Below are positions 23,245 to 32,745 of a stretch of 64,000 nucleotides of DNA, piece after piece. Position numbers and translations under genes: made by a program. This stretch comes from an uncultured Pseudomonadota bacterium (GTDB taxonomy: Bacteria > Pseudomonadota > Alphaproteobacteria > JACZXZ01): positions 416,001 to 480,000 of the forward strand of contig CAVVLJ010000021.1 in assembly GCA_963749075.1 (NCBI GenBank). Direction: 5' to 3'. Below the pieces are notes generated by a model. It was not told the origin of the DNA. It ran no database searches and was given only the letters and a program-made list of their open reading frames with translations. How positions within the stretch are numbered: position 1 is the stretch's first letter; each line of letters begins with the position of its first letter.

Positions 23245-23254
23245 GGGTGCCGGC

Positions 23255-24118
23255 TCACGTCTCCGCCGCCGCTTCGGCGGCGGCGAGCTCGCGCAAGCCG
23301 TTCAGCGCCACCTGGAAGAACGCCTCCTGCGCCATGGCCTGGGGATAGACCGCATAGGCCGGGCGGCGGAACTCGGGTGCCGCTGCCACGAGATGGAGGC
23401 GCCCCTCGTCGAGATACGGCCGCACCGCGCGGATGGGGAAGTAGGCCGTGCCGCCGTTCTCGAGGATATAGCTCAGGCCGAGCAGGCCGATCGAGACGCT
23501 CACCGCCGGCGTCGCGAAGTCGGGGAAGGCCTGGCTGTGGCCCGAGAGGAAGGCCGGACCCCAATCGACGAAGACGTAGCCTTCGCCGATCGCAGGCGCT
23601 GCGTCCTTCTCGCTCGACACCATGACGAGACGGTCGTCGAAGAGGGGCTCGATGACGAAGCCGGTGCGGCTCTGCGGCGCATACATCGCCGCGATGTCCA
23701 AGAGGCCCTCGCCGAGCTGGCGCACCAGCGTCTCGGGCGTGCCGACCTCGGCGCGCACCGCTACGTCCGGCATGGCGTTGCGGATCCACGGCAGCCACTT
23801 GATGAGGAGCCGGTCCCACAGGCTGTACTGGCCGCCGATGCCGAGCGAGGCGCGGAAGCCGGGCGGCAGCGCCACCTCCTGCCGTGCCTGCTGCCAGGCG
23901 CGCACCAGCGTCGTGGCGTAGCGGCGGAACTGCTGGCCCGCCGCGGTCAGCTGGGCGCCCGCCTTGCTGCGCACGAAGAGCGGCCGGCCCAGGCTGTCCT
24001 CGAGCGCCTTGATGCGCATGCTGGCGGTCGACTGCGTGATGTTGAGGCGCTCGGCCGCCTTGACGAAGGTGCCGGTCTCGGCGATCTCGAGAAATGTGCG
24101 TGCCTGCTCGATGTCCAT
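23255..24118 (-). CDS. LysR-family transcriptional regulator
   Basis: MDIEQARTFLEI..AAERLNITQSTASMRIKALE..LFVR. Confidence 0.93.
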   Translation of the reverse strand: MDIEQARTFLEIAETGTFVKAAERLNITQSTASMRIKALEDSLGRPLFVRSKAGAQLTAAGQQFRRYATTLVRAWQQARQEVALPPGFRASLGIGGQYSLWDRLLIKWLPWIRNAMPDVAVRAEVGTPETLVRQLGEGLLDIAAMYAPQSRTGFVIEPLFDDRLVMVSSEKDAAPAIGEGYVFVDWGPAFLSGHSQAFPDFATPAVSVSIGLLGLSYILENGGTAYFPIRAVRPYLDEGRLHLVAAAPEFRRPAYAVYPQAMAQEAFFQVALNGLRELAAAEAAAET

Positions 24119-24242
24119 CGCGAGCCGTGAAGAGGGCTGCTTGCCGTCCAGGCATTGCACGCCCGGACTTATCGGAAACTATGATTTTATATATCTATAA
24201 AATTCATTTGTCCAATGGAAGGGGCACTTTTAGGTTGGCACT

Positions 24243-24377
24243 GCCGACTGCACTTGGCCGCTCCTCGGAGCGGCGAGGCTGCCAATAGGCGACGCCTAGA
24301 CCTAACCGCAGAGGCGGCACCGTCCCTACCGGTGCCGAGTAGCGGCCGCCCCACCCTGGAGGCGGCCGCATTTTTTG
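24243..24377 (+). ncRNA. Candidate small RNA divergent from lysR
   Basis: TTGTCC-17nt-TAGGTT promoter-like spacing at 24208-24236, four hairpins, last one GCGGCCGCC/GGCGGCCGC followed by a T-run; no credible ORF. Confidence 0.45.
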
Positions 24378-24566
24378 CCCCCGGCTGCGGAAGCACTCTC
24401 ACGCGGCGACGCGCGCGTTGTATGATTGCTCGCCGGAGATGCACCGGCCGCGGGCGCCGGCACCGTCAGGCGGGGGCCGCGAGGGCGGTCGTTCCGCCTG
24501 CTCCGGCGATCGAACCGGACGAGGAGGGGCGATCCTTGAACGAGGAGCACGGCAGGTGCTGACTGG

Positions 24567-25364
24567 ATGACCGAGGCGGAGCGGCTGGCGCGGCAGCAGG
24601 AGGCGGCGGATTCCTATCACAGGTTGGCGCTCGAGCTCGAGGCCGCCGGCCTCACGGAGGCCGCGCTGATCGGCTTCCAGGCGGCGGCGTCGCTCGATCT
24701 GCTCAACCCGGTCCTTCAGCAGAGCTTTGGCGGCCCATTCAACGGCCAGGAGCGGCGCCGCGAGATATTCAAGGGAATATTGGCGCACCTGCTGCCCGGC
24801 GCGGTTGTCGAGACCGGCACCTATCGCGGCACCACGACCGAATACATCGCCGGGATCTTCTCCGGTCCCATCTTTAGCTGCGAGGTCGATACGCGCTGCT
24901 TCCTGGCGTCGCGCCGCAAGCTCGCGCGCTTTGCGCATGTCGAGATCGCGCAGTGCGATTCCCGGCGCTTCCTCAGGGAGGCGCTGGACAAGCTGCCGCC
25001 GGGCGCGCCGATCCTGATCTATCTCGACGCCCATTGGGGCGCCGATCTGCCGCTGCGCGAGGAGATCGAAATCGTGCTGACGTTCGGCCGCGATGCCGCG
25101 ATCATGATCGACGATTTCGAGGTGCCTTTCGATCAAGGCTATGGCTTCGACGATTACGGCGCCGGCGGCCGGCTCTCGCTCGCCCTGCTCGAATTCGTCA
25201 AGGACCGGTCGATTCGGCTGTTCTTTCCCAGCACCGCCTCGGAGCGCGAAACCGGTGCGCGGCGCGGCTCGGTCGTGCTCGCGACCAGCCCGCGGGTCGC
25301 TGCCGCGCTTGCCGAGGTCGGCGGTCTCGTCGGCGGAGATTGGCACGATTGGCACACCGGTTAG
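24567..25364 (+). CDS. Class I SAM-dependent methyltransferase-like protein
   Basis: VVETGTYRGTTT, IYLDAHW, PLREEI, IMIDDF. Confidence 0.7.
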   Translation: MTEAERLARQQEAADSYHRLALELEAAGLTEAALIGFQAAASLDLLNPVLQQSFGGPFNGQERRREIFKGILAHLLPGAVVETGTYRGTTTEYIAGIFSGPIFSCEVDTRCFLASRRKLARFAHVEIAQCDSRRFLREALDKLPPGAPILIYLDAHWGADLPLREEIEIVLTFGRDAAIMIDDFEVPFDQGYGFDDYGAGGRLSLALLEFVKDRSIRLFFPSTASERETGARRGSVVLATSPRVAAALAEVGGLVGGDWHDWHTG

Positions 25365-25383
25365 GCGCCGCCAGCTCCTCCCT

Positions 25384-26184
25384 CTACTCGTCGCTCTCGG
25401 GCTCCGCCTCCGCGTCATAGAGCACCTCGAGGACCACGAACCACGGGTAGCGGCTGTCGAGCGCCGTTCCGTCCGCGCCCGCCAAGGTGCCGCCTTCCGC
25501 GAGCGGCACATGGGTCAGGCTCACGGCGTCGTCCACATTGCCGCCGATGACGCTCAGCACCCCCGGCTGCACCTCGACCGCGATCGCGCAATGGCCGGGC
25601 CATATTGTGGCGGTGGGCAGATCGGCGAAGCGCAAGTGGCGGGCGCGGCCGCGCCCGAGGCAGATGAGGTCGCCCGGCTTGGGCGCATAGCTCTCGGGCG
25701 GCTCGGCGCGCAGGATGGGCGACTTCCCTGCCGCCGCGGCATTGACGTAGGCGGCGTGGTCGGCGGCATAGGGGAAGCGCTTCGCAGCACCCGCGATGCG
25801 CATGACGTAGGAGATGAAGGCGGCCGACCAGGCGTATTGGCCGTCGACGCTGGCGGGAAAGACGGCGCCGTTCGCGTCGTGCTTGCCCGTCCAGGCGACC
25901 TCGGGAGCATCGGCCTCGAGCCCGATCCACCAATATTCGCCGACGCGCTGCCAGAGGCCCGCCTGACGCTCCGGCTTCTCCGCGGGCGTCGGCTGCTGTC
26001 GCGTGCCCGGCGCCTCGTTGGCCACGGGCGAGCCGAAGAGACGCCACTCGCGGAGCGCCACCGCCACCGCGTCCGCGCGGTTGAACGGCTCGTAGGGCTT
26101 GTCGGCGAAGCGCGGCGCATGATCGGCGGGCGCGCAGGCGGCGAGTGCCGCAAAGAGGAGCGCCGCGGCGACGCTGCGGAACAT
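25384..26184 (-). CDS. DUF2272-domain (CHAP/amidase-like) lipoprotein
   Basis: Lipobox LAAC; AWSAAFISYVM, PKPGDLIC, HCAI, IGGNVDDAV. Confidence 0.78.
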   Translation of the reverse strand: MFRSVAAALLFAALAACAPADHAPRFADKPYEPFNRADAVAVALREWRLFGSPVANEAPGTRQQPTPAEKPERQAGLWQRVGEYWWIGLEADAPEVAWTGKHDANGAVFPASVDGQYAWSAAFISYVMRIAGAAKRFPYAADHAAYVNAAAAGKSPILRAEPPESYAPKPGDLICLGRGRARHLRFADLPTATIWPGHCAIAVEVQPGVLSVIGGNVDDAVSLTHVPLAEGGTLAGADGTALDSRYPWFVVLEVLYDAEAEPESDE

Positions 26185-26253
26185 CGTCGCACGAAGCGAT
26201 GCGGCTGCTCTTCTCACGCCTTTCTCCACCGAATGCCCCTCCAAGCTCAGAGT

Positions 26254-26305
26254 GCCCCTCCCCCCTTGAGGGGGAGGTTGGCCGCGCAGCGGCCGGGAGG
26301 GGGGT
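26254..26305. repeat. Family A repeat, left arm flanking DUF559
   Basis: GCCCCTCCCCCCTTGAGGGGGAGG-hairpin-GGGAGGGGGGT, inverted relative to 26699-26755. Confidence 0.9.
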
Positions 26306-26369
26306 ATCGAGGGTGCGGTATAGCAATTGGGTGTTGGCGAAGCGACCCCATTGGAATCAGAATTAGCCG

Positions 26370-26720
26370 ATGGTCTCGCCGATCGCCCGTCGCCTGCGCC
26401 AGACGCCGACGGAGGCGGAAATCCGCCTATGGTCGCGCCTCCGCCGAAAACAGCTCGACGGCTTTCGCTTCCGTCGTCAGCAGCCCATCGGCCCCTATGT
26501 GGTCGACTTCTTTTGTCCTGAAGCCGCGCTCATCGTCGAGGTCGATGGCGGCCAACATGCTTGGAGCGAAACAGAGGATTCGGCTCGCACTCGCTGGCTC
26601 GAGGCACGCGGCTATCGAGTCGTCCGCTTCTGGAACAATGACGTGCTCGGCAACACGGACGGAGTGCTTCTCTCGATTCGCGACGCACTGCACGGCCAAC
26701 CCCCCTCCCGGCAACGCTGA
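26370..26720 (+). CDS. DUF559 (Vsr-like PD-(D/E)xK) endonuclease
   Basis: ARRLRQTPTEAEIRLWSRLR, FRRQQPIGPYVVDFFC, VEVDGGQH, RTRWLEARGYRVVRFWN. Confidence 0.92.
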   Translation: MVSPIARRLRQTPTEAEIRLWSRLRRKQLDGFRFRRQQPIGPYVVDFFCPEAALIVEVDGGQHAWSETEDSARTRWLEARGYRVVRFWNNDVLGNTDGVLLSIRDALHGQPPSRQR

Positions 26721-26755
26721 CGCGTTGCCGACCTCCCCCTCAAGGGGGGAGGGGC
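26699..26755. repeat. Family A repeat, right arm flanking DUF559 (overlaps its 3' end)
   Basis: ACCCCCCTCCCGGC-hairpin-CCTCCCCCTCAAGGGGGGAGGGGC. Confidence 0.9.
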
Positions 26756-26780
26756 AACATCTGTCCGAGTCCTTAAGCCT

Positions 26781-28676
26781 TCACGCCGCGAGGCCGCGCT
26801 CGAGCACGTTGGCGAGGCGGCGGGAGAAGGCGGCGGGGTCGGGCGGCGTCTCGCCTTCGACGATGCGCGCCTGGTCGAGGAGGAGATAGGCGTAGTCGGC
26901 GAGCCGCTCGTCCGAGCCCTTGGCCGAGAGGTGGCGCACCAGCTCCTTGATGAGCGGATGGCGCGGGTTGAGCTCGAGGATGCGCTTCGACTGGCCGCCG
27001 AGCTGCTTGTGCTGGCGGAGGATGCGCTCGAGGTGCATGTCCATGTCGCCCTCGTCCGCGACCAGGCAGACCGCGCTGTCGGTCAGGCGCTCGGAAGCGC
27101 GCACGTCCTTGACCGCGTCCTTGAGCGTGAGCTTGAAGAGGGCGACGAGCCCGCTCACCGCACCCGCCTCGCTGTCCTTCTCGGGTGCTAAGGCCTTGGC
27201 CTCGGCACCCCCCTTGATCTTGGCGAGATCGGCGCCGCCGCGCGTCACCGACTTGAAGGGCTTCTCCTTGTAGCCCTCCACCGACGAGAGCCAGAAGCCG
27301 TCGACCGGGTCGGTCATCAGCAGCACCTCGATGCCCTTGGCGCGGAAGCCCTCGAGCTGCGGGCTCTTGGCCAGTGCGTCCAACTCCTCGCCGGTGATAT
27401 AGTAGATGGCCTCCTGGCCCTCCTTCATGCGGCCAACATAGCTCTCGAGCCCGACGAGGCCGCTCTCCGCCGTCGAGCGGAAGCGGGCCAGGCCCAAGAT
27501 GCGCTCGCGCTCGCCCGCCTCCTCGTAGATGCCCTCCTTCACCACGGCGCCGAAGTTGCCCCAGAACTTGGCGTAATCCTCGGCGTCCTCCTTGGCGCGC
27601 TTCTCGAGGGTGTCGAGCACGCGCTTCAAGAGGCCCGAGCGGATGCGCGCCAGAAGCGGGTTCTTCTGCAGCATCTCGCGGCTCACGTTGAGCGGCAGGT
27701 CCTCGCTGTCGACGATGCCGCGGAGGAAGCGCAGCCACGAGGGCAGCAGCTCCGGGCAATCGTCGGTGATGAAGACGCGCTTCACGTAGAGGCGGAGATG
27801 GCCCTTGCGCTCGGGATGGAAGAGATCGAAGGGCGGCGTCCCCGGCACGTAGAGGAGGGCCGAATAGTCGAGCTTGCCCTCGGCGCGGTAATGCAAGGTG
27901 AGCCACGGATCGTCGAAGCTGTGCGCCACGTGGCGGTAGAACTCCTTGTACTGGAGCTCGCTGATCTCGCTCTTGGGCCGCGTCCACAGGGCCGAGGCCT
28001 GGTTGAGCGTCTCCGCCTTGCCGGCACCCTCGAGCTCGATGGGGATAGCGATGTGGTCCGAGTAGCGCTTGACGATGCCGCGGAGGCGCGCGGGATCGAG
28101 GAATTCCTTGCCCGCTTCGCTCAGGTGGAGGGTGATGCGCGTGCCGCGCGCCGCGAGCTCGGCCTCGGCGATGGTGAAGCTGCCCTTGCCGTCCGAGCTC
28201 CAGCGCCAGGCCTCCGCCTCGCCCGCCTTCCGCGAGACGACCTCGACGCGGTCGGCCACCATGAAGGCGGAATAGAAGCCGACGCCGAACTGGCCGATGA
28301 GGCTCGGCGCCTCCTTGCCCCCCTCGCCTTCCTTGGCAGCATCGCCGCCCGCCGCCGCGGCGACGAAGGCCGCGGTGCCCGAGCGCGCGATGGTGCCGAG
28401 GTTCTCGACGAGCTCCGCGCGGTTCATGCCGATGCCGTTGTCGGCGATCGTGAGGGTGCCGGCCTCCTTGTCGAGGGAGAGGAGGATGCGGAAGCTGCCG
28501 TCGCCCTCGAGGAGCTCGGGCCTGGTGAGCGCCTCGTAGCGCAGCCGGTCGCAGGCGTCCGACGCGTTCGAGATGAGCTCGCGGAGGAAGACCTCCTTCT
28601 CGCTGTAGAGCGAGTGGGCCACGATATCCAGGAGCTTGGCGACCTCGGCCTGGAAGCTGAGCTTTTCCTCGGACAT
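26781..28676 (-). CDS. htpG: Chaperone HtpG (Hsp90)
   Basis: FQAEV..HSLYSEKEVFLRELISNASDA, IGQFGVGFYSAF, DLPLNVSREMLQ. Confidence 0.97.
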   Translation of the reverse strand: MSEEKLSFQAEVAKLLDIVAHSLYSEKEVFLRELISNASDACDRLRYEALTRPELLEGDGSFRILLSLDKEAGTLTIADNGIGMNRAELVENLGTIARSGTAAFVAAAAGGDAAKEGEGGKEAPSLIGQFGVGFYSAFMVADRVEVVSRKAGEAEAWRWSSDGKGSFTIAEAELAARGTRITLHLSEAGKEFLDPARLRGIVKRYSDHIAIPIELEGAGKAETLNQASALWTRPKSEISELQYKEFYRHVAHSFDDPWLTLHYRAEGKLDYSALLYVPGTPPFDLFHPERKGHLRLYVKRVFITDDCPELLPSWLRFLRGIVDSEDLPLNVSREMLQKNPLLARIRSGLLKRVLDTLEKRAKEDAEDYAKFWGNFGAVVKEGIYEEAGERERILGLARFRSTAESGLVGLESYVGRMKEGQEAIYYITGEELDALAKSPQLEGFRAKGIEVLLMTDPVDGFWLSSVEGYKEKPFKSVTRGGADLAKIKGGAEAKALAPEKDSEAGAVSGLVALFKLTLKDAVKDVRASERLTDSAVCLVADEGDMDMHLERILRQHKQLGGQSKRILELNPRHPLIKELVRHLSAKGSDERLADYAYLLLDQARIVEGETPPDPAAFSRRLANVLERGLAA

Positions 28677-28779
28677 GATCCCCTCGACTGTGCGTTTCCG
28701 TCCCCCGGCCGTGATATGAGGAAGAGGAGAGCCGGGTGCAAGACCCCCGGCGCCACAAGCGGCGGGGCGGGGAAGAGCC

Positions 28780-30135
28780 ATGATCGACGAGACGCACGAC
28801 GCAAGGCGGCGGAGCTGGGTGCCGGGCGCCGACGGACATAGGGACTTCCCGATCCAGAACCTGCCGTTCGGCGTCTTCCGGCCCGCGGGCGGCGCCCCGC
28901 GCGGCGGCGTTGCCGTCGGTGAGTGCATCCTCGAGCTCGCGGCCGTGCTGGCGGCTGGGCTGCTCGACGGCGAGGCGGCAGCGGCGGCCAAGGCGGCGGC
29001 CGGGCCCCGCCTCAATCCTCTCCTGGCTCTGGGCGCGGCACCGCGCACGGCATTGCGCCGGCGCCTCTCGGCCCTCCTCGCCGCCGACGGCCCGGATGGT
29101 GAGCGTGCCGCGGCGTTGGCGGAGAAGCTTCTCCACAAGGCCGCGGACTGCACGCTCGAGCTCCCCGCCGCCATCGGCGGCTACACCGACTTCTACGCCG
29201 GCATCCACCACGCGACCAATGCCGGGCGCCTCTTGCGCCCCGACAATCCGCTCCTCCCCAATTACAAGCACCTGCCGGTCGCCTATCACGGCCGCACCTC
29301 GTCGATCTCTGCCTCGGGTGCGCCGGTCAAGCGGCCGAACGGCCAGCGCAAGCCCGCCTCCGAGGCGTTGCCTAGCTTCGGGCCGAGCCGCAACCTCGAC
29401 TACGAGATCGAGCTCGGCCTGTGGATCGGTCCGGGCAACCGCCAGGGCGAGCCCATCGCGATCACAGAGGCGGGCGGGCACGTGGCCGGCTTCTGCCTCT
29501 TGAACGACTGGTCCGCGCGCGACATCCAGGGCTGGGAGTACCAGCCCCTCGGCCCCTTCCTCGGCAAGAACTTCGCGACCACGATCTCGCCCTGGCTGGT
29601 GACGGCCGAGGCGCTCGCTCCCTTCCGCGTGCCCCAGGCACAGCACCCCGCAGGTGACCCGGCACCGCTCCCCTATCTCATGGATGTGCGCGATCAGGCG
29701 GCGGGCGCCCTCGACGCGACCCTCGAGGTGCTGCTCTCGACGCCTGGGATGCGCGAGCGCTCGCTGCCGCCCGAGCGGCTCTCGCAAGCCTCCGCCCGCG
29801 ACCTCTATTGGACGCCCGCCCAGATGGTGGCGCACCACACGAGTGGGGGCTGCAACCTCGAGCCCGGCGACCTCTTCGGCAGCGGCACCGTGAGCGGGCC
29901 GGAGCGCGCAAGCTTCGGCAGCCTCCTCGAGCTCAGCGAAGCCGGCCGGCGGCCCCTCGCCCTCGCCTCGGGCGAGACGCGGCGCTTCCTCGAGGACGGC
30001 GACGAGGTCATCTTCCGCGCCTCATGCCGCCGCGAGGGCTTCGCCTCGATCGGCTTCGGGGAATGCCGCGGCACGATCGCCCCGGCCCTGTCCCCCCTCC
30101 CTACCCTCCCCCTCAAGGGGGGAGGGGATCCGTGA
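28780..30135 (+). CDS. fahA: Fumarylacetoacetase
   Basis: DFPIQNLPFG, YTDFYAGIHHA, YHGRTSS, LNDWSARDIQGWEYQPLGPF; C-terminus runs into a family A repeat. Confidence 0.95.
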   Translation: MIDETHDARRRSWVPGADGHRDFPIQNLPFGVFRPAGGAPRGGVAVGECILELAAVLAAGLLDGEAAAAAKAAAGPRLNPLLALGAAPRTALRRRLSALLAADGPDGERAAALAEKLLHKAADCTLELPAAIGGYTDFYAGIHHATNAGRLLRPDNPLLPNYKHLPVAYHGRTSSISASGAPVKRPNGQRKPASEALPSFGPSRNLDYEIELGLWIGPGNRQGEPIAITEAGGHVAGFCLLNDWSARDIQGWEYQPLGPFLGKNFATTISPWLVTAEALAPFRVPQAQHPAGDPAPLPYLMDVRDQAAGALDATLEVLLSTPGMRERSLPPERLSQASARDLYWTPAQMVAHHTSGGCNLEPGDLFGSGTVSGPERASFGSLLELSEAGRRPLALASGETRRFLEDGDEVIFRASCRREGFASIGFGECRGTIAPALSPLPTLPLKGGGDP

Positions 30136-30190
30136 GCGGGCTTGATAACTTCCCCCTCCCCCTTGAAGGGGGAGGGTTGGGGTGGGGGTG
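30092..30190. repeat. REP-like doublet, family A
   Basis: CCCTACCCTCCCCCTCAAGGGGGGAGGGG..CCCTCCCCCTTGAAGGGGGAGGGTTGGGGTGGGGGT. Confidence 0.88.
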
Positions 30191-30215
30191 ACGCTCAAAT
30201 TCGCGAGAGTTGGCG

Positions 30216-31364
30216 CTACCCGTGCAGCACCAGCTTCTGCACGCGCCAGTTTAGGAGCTCGCCGACGTAGAGCACGTTCGGCGCCGGACAGGCCATCTCG
30301 TGGATCCAGCCGAACTGCTTCAGCTGCTTGCCCGATTGGCCGAGCACGCCGAGGAGCTTGCCCTCGAGCGAGAGCCTGTAGATGCGGCCGGGAAAGGCGT
30401 CGGCGCTGTAGAGCACCGGGTGCGGCCCGGGCGAAATGCAGATCGCCCAGGGCGAGCCGGGTGCGAAGGTGCCGGCGGCGATCGTGGCCTCGTCCGGTAC
30501 GTTGCCGATCGCCGGGCGTGCGTCGGGCGGCACCGGCACGTCGATGGTGAACTGGCGCTGGAAATTGCCCTCGCCGTCGAACACCTGGATGCGGCGGTTG
30601 CTGCGGTCGGCGACATAGACGCTGCCCTTGGCGTCGACCGCGATGCTGTGCGGCGTGTGGAACTGGCCGGGACCGGTGCCGCGGTCGCCCCACGACTTGA
30701 GCCAGTTGCCGTCCTTGTCGACCTTGGCCACGCGCGAATTGATGTAGCCGTCGCTGATGTAGGTGTTGTCGGCGGCGTCCCAGGCCACGTCGGTCACCTG
30801 GCGGAAGCGGCCCGGCTCGGACGGCAGCGGCGGGTTGGGATGCTTGAGCGGGCCGGTCTCCTCGTCGGAGGCCTCCTGCTTGCGCCCGAACACCATGGCG
30901 ACGCGGCCCTCGGGCGTGAACTTGATCACCATGTCCGAGCCCTTGTCCGTCACCCAGATGTTGTCGTGGCGGTCGACCTTGACGGTGTGCGCGAACGACC
31001 AGGCATAGAGATTGTGGCCGATCTCGCGGATGAACTGGCCGCCCGGCGCGAACTCGAGGAGCTGGGTCGCCGCCGCGGCATAGGCGGGGCCGGTCGAGTT
31101 GCCGCGCGAGAGCACGAAGACGTGGCCCTTGGAATTGAGCGCCACGCCCGAGCATTCGCCGAAATAGATGTCGCGCGGCAGGCGCAGCGGATTGGGCACG
31201 GAATCGTAGGCGATGGCCGGCACCGTCTCGGCCAAGGCAAAGCGCGGCAGCAGTGCGAGCGCCGCAGCGCTTGCGCCTGCGGCCTGCAGGAAGCGGCGGC
31301 GGGCGAAGCTGCCGCGTCGCGGATCGCCGCAACATGGGCAGGATTCGGCATGATGCAGGCTCAT
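30216..31364 (-). CDS. NHL-repeat beta-propeller, PAL (peptidyl-alpha-hydroxyglycine lyase)-like, Tat signal
   Basis: RRRFLQ signal; AHTVKVD, GPGQFHTPHSIAVD, VADRSNRRIQVFD repeats. Confidence 0.85.
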   Translation of the reverse strand: MSLHHAESCPCCGDPRRGSFARRRFLQAAGASAAALALLPRFALAETVPAIAYDSVPNPLRLPRDIYFGECSGVALNSKGHVFVLSRGNSTGPAYAAAATQLLEFAPGGQFIREIGHNLYAWSFAHTVKVDRHDNIWVTDKGSDMVIKFTPEGRVAMVFGRKQEASDEETGPLKHPNPPLPSEPGRFRQVTDVAWDAADNTYISDGYINSRVAKVDKDGNWLKSWGDRGTGPGQFHTPHSIAVDAKGSVYVADRSNRRIQVFDGEGNFQRQFTIDVPVPPDARPAIGNVPDEATIAAGTFAPGSPWAICISPGPHPVLYSADAFPGRIYRLSLEGKLLGVLGQSGKQLKQFGWIHEMACPAPNVLYVGELLNWRVQKLVLHG

Positions 31365-31461
31365 CGGATGACCTCCCTATCGGATGCGGGGCTTTTACCC
31401 CTTTTGCAATCATAGCGCGCGCCGCTCGGCGCGTAACCCCTCATCCGCCACGGCCGGGAGC

Positions 31462-31929
31462 TCAGGCGCGCTCCGCCCGCGCCGCGTAGCAGCCGAACTT
31501 CGCATAGTGAATATGGACATAGGCGGCGGCCGGATCGGAGAGCAGCCTCTCGAGCGCCGGTCCAAGGTCCTTGCCGTCGACGAGCTCGGCCGCGACGATC
31601 ATCGCCCGGCCGTCGAAAGCGCGCAGCGACAGCATCCTCGAGCGGAAAAGCTCGGGCACCTCGCCCTTTGCCGGACGGGCCTGCTCGACTCCTTTGCGCA
31701 CGAAGATCGCATGGGCGGCGCGATAGGGAGAGACACTCTCCTGATGCTCGTAGTTCACCAGGATGAGCTCGTCGCCCACTTCGGCGTCGGCCAGGCTCAC
31801 CCGGCAGGGAAAGCCCGGCTTCGTCGTAGCGGTCATGCGAACCGCCAGATGGCCGGCAAGCTCCTCGTCCGACATGGCGAAGAGCTTCGCGAAACGCCGA
31901 TGCTCGAGCGCCGTGATCTGAAAGCTCAT
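31462..31929 (-). CDS. DUF1203 domain protein
   Basis: PGFPCRVSL.DA..G..LIL.NY, SPY....IFV, LSLRAFD, YVHIHYAKFGCY. Confidence 0.85.
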   Translation of the reverse strand: MSFQITALEHRRFAKLFAMSDEELAGHLAVRMTATTKPGFPCRVSLADAEVGDELILVNYEHQESVSPYRAAHAIFVRKGVEQARPAKGEVPELFRSRMLSLRAFDGRAMIVAAELVDGKDLGPALERLLSDPAAAYVHIHYAKFGCYAARAERA

Positions 31930-32058
31930 GGGGTCCTCCTTTTCGACCCGAGCTGGATAGTCCGTCCGCTCTTCGAGAACACTCCGATTCTTGCTTTCAA
32001 TATGTCCGCCCTCTCCCTTACCCTCGCACCGCAGCGGCCGCCTGGAATGGAGGATGAC

Positions 32059-32616
32059 ATGAACGCAACGCCCATTCGGCGCATCGTGACGGGCCATGAC
32101 GGAGAGGGCAAAGCCGTCGTGATCTCCGACGGGCCGGTCGCGCACGTGCGCACCTCTGAAGCGCGCCCGGGCGTCGCCTTCACGAACGTCTGGACGACCG
32201 CCCGCATGCCGGCCGAGGTTCACGGCTCGGTCGATCCCGTGACTCCGGCCATGACGTTGGAGCCGCCGCCGCACGGCACCAATTTCCGCATCGTCGAGTT
32301 CGGGCCGGAAAAAGGCTACATCGGATCGGTCGACGCCGCTGCGGCCCGCGCGGCGTTTGCCGGCATGGGCGGTGCCGCGCACGCGCTCGCCCACGGCGGC
32401 ACTGCGCGCCACCCCTTCATGCACCGGACGAAGACGGTCGACTACGGCATCGTGCTCGCGGGCGAGATCACCCTCGTCCTCGACGACAGCGAGGTCCTCA
32501 TGCGCGCCGGCGACATCTGCATCCAGCGCGGCACCAGCCATGCCTGGAGCAACCGCTCCGACGCCGCTTGCGTCATGGCCTTCGTGCTCATCGACGGCGA
32601 CCGCCTCGATCCGTGA
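32059..32616 (+). CDS. Cupin domain protein
   Basis: RRIVTGHD..GKAV, MHRTKTVDYGIV, IQRGTSHAWSN. Confidence 0.88.
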   Translation: MNATPIRRIVTGHDGEGKAVVISDGPVAHVRTSEARPGVAFTNVWTTARMPAEVHGSVDPVTPAMTLEPPPHGTNFRIVEFGPEKGYIGSVDAAAARAAFAGMGGAAHALAHGGTARHPFMHRTKTVDYGIVLAGEITLVLDDSEVLMRAGDICIQRGTSHAWSNRSDAACVMAFVLIDGDRLDP

Positions 32617-32656
32617 CGGGATTGGCGCGCCGGACGGGAGATGCGCTCGACCGCAA

Positions 32657-32745
32657 TCCCCCCTCGCCCCCTGAAAGGGGGAGAGGGTTGCGCAGGCTTT
32701 CCCCCGGGCTTGACCCGGGGGTTAGCCGGAGCTGGGTGAGGGGGA
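32657..32745. repeat. Family A single arm with a nested CCCCCGGGCTTGACCCGGGGG hairpin
   Basis: CCCCCTCGCCCCCTGAAAGGGGGAGAGGG...GGGTGAGGGGG; the internal hairpin at 32701-32721 is a different palindrome. Confidence 0.7.
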
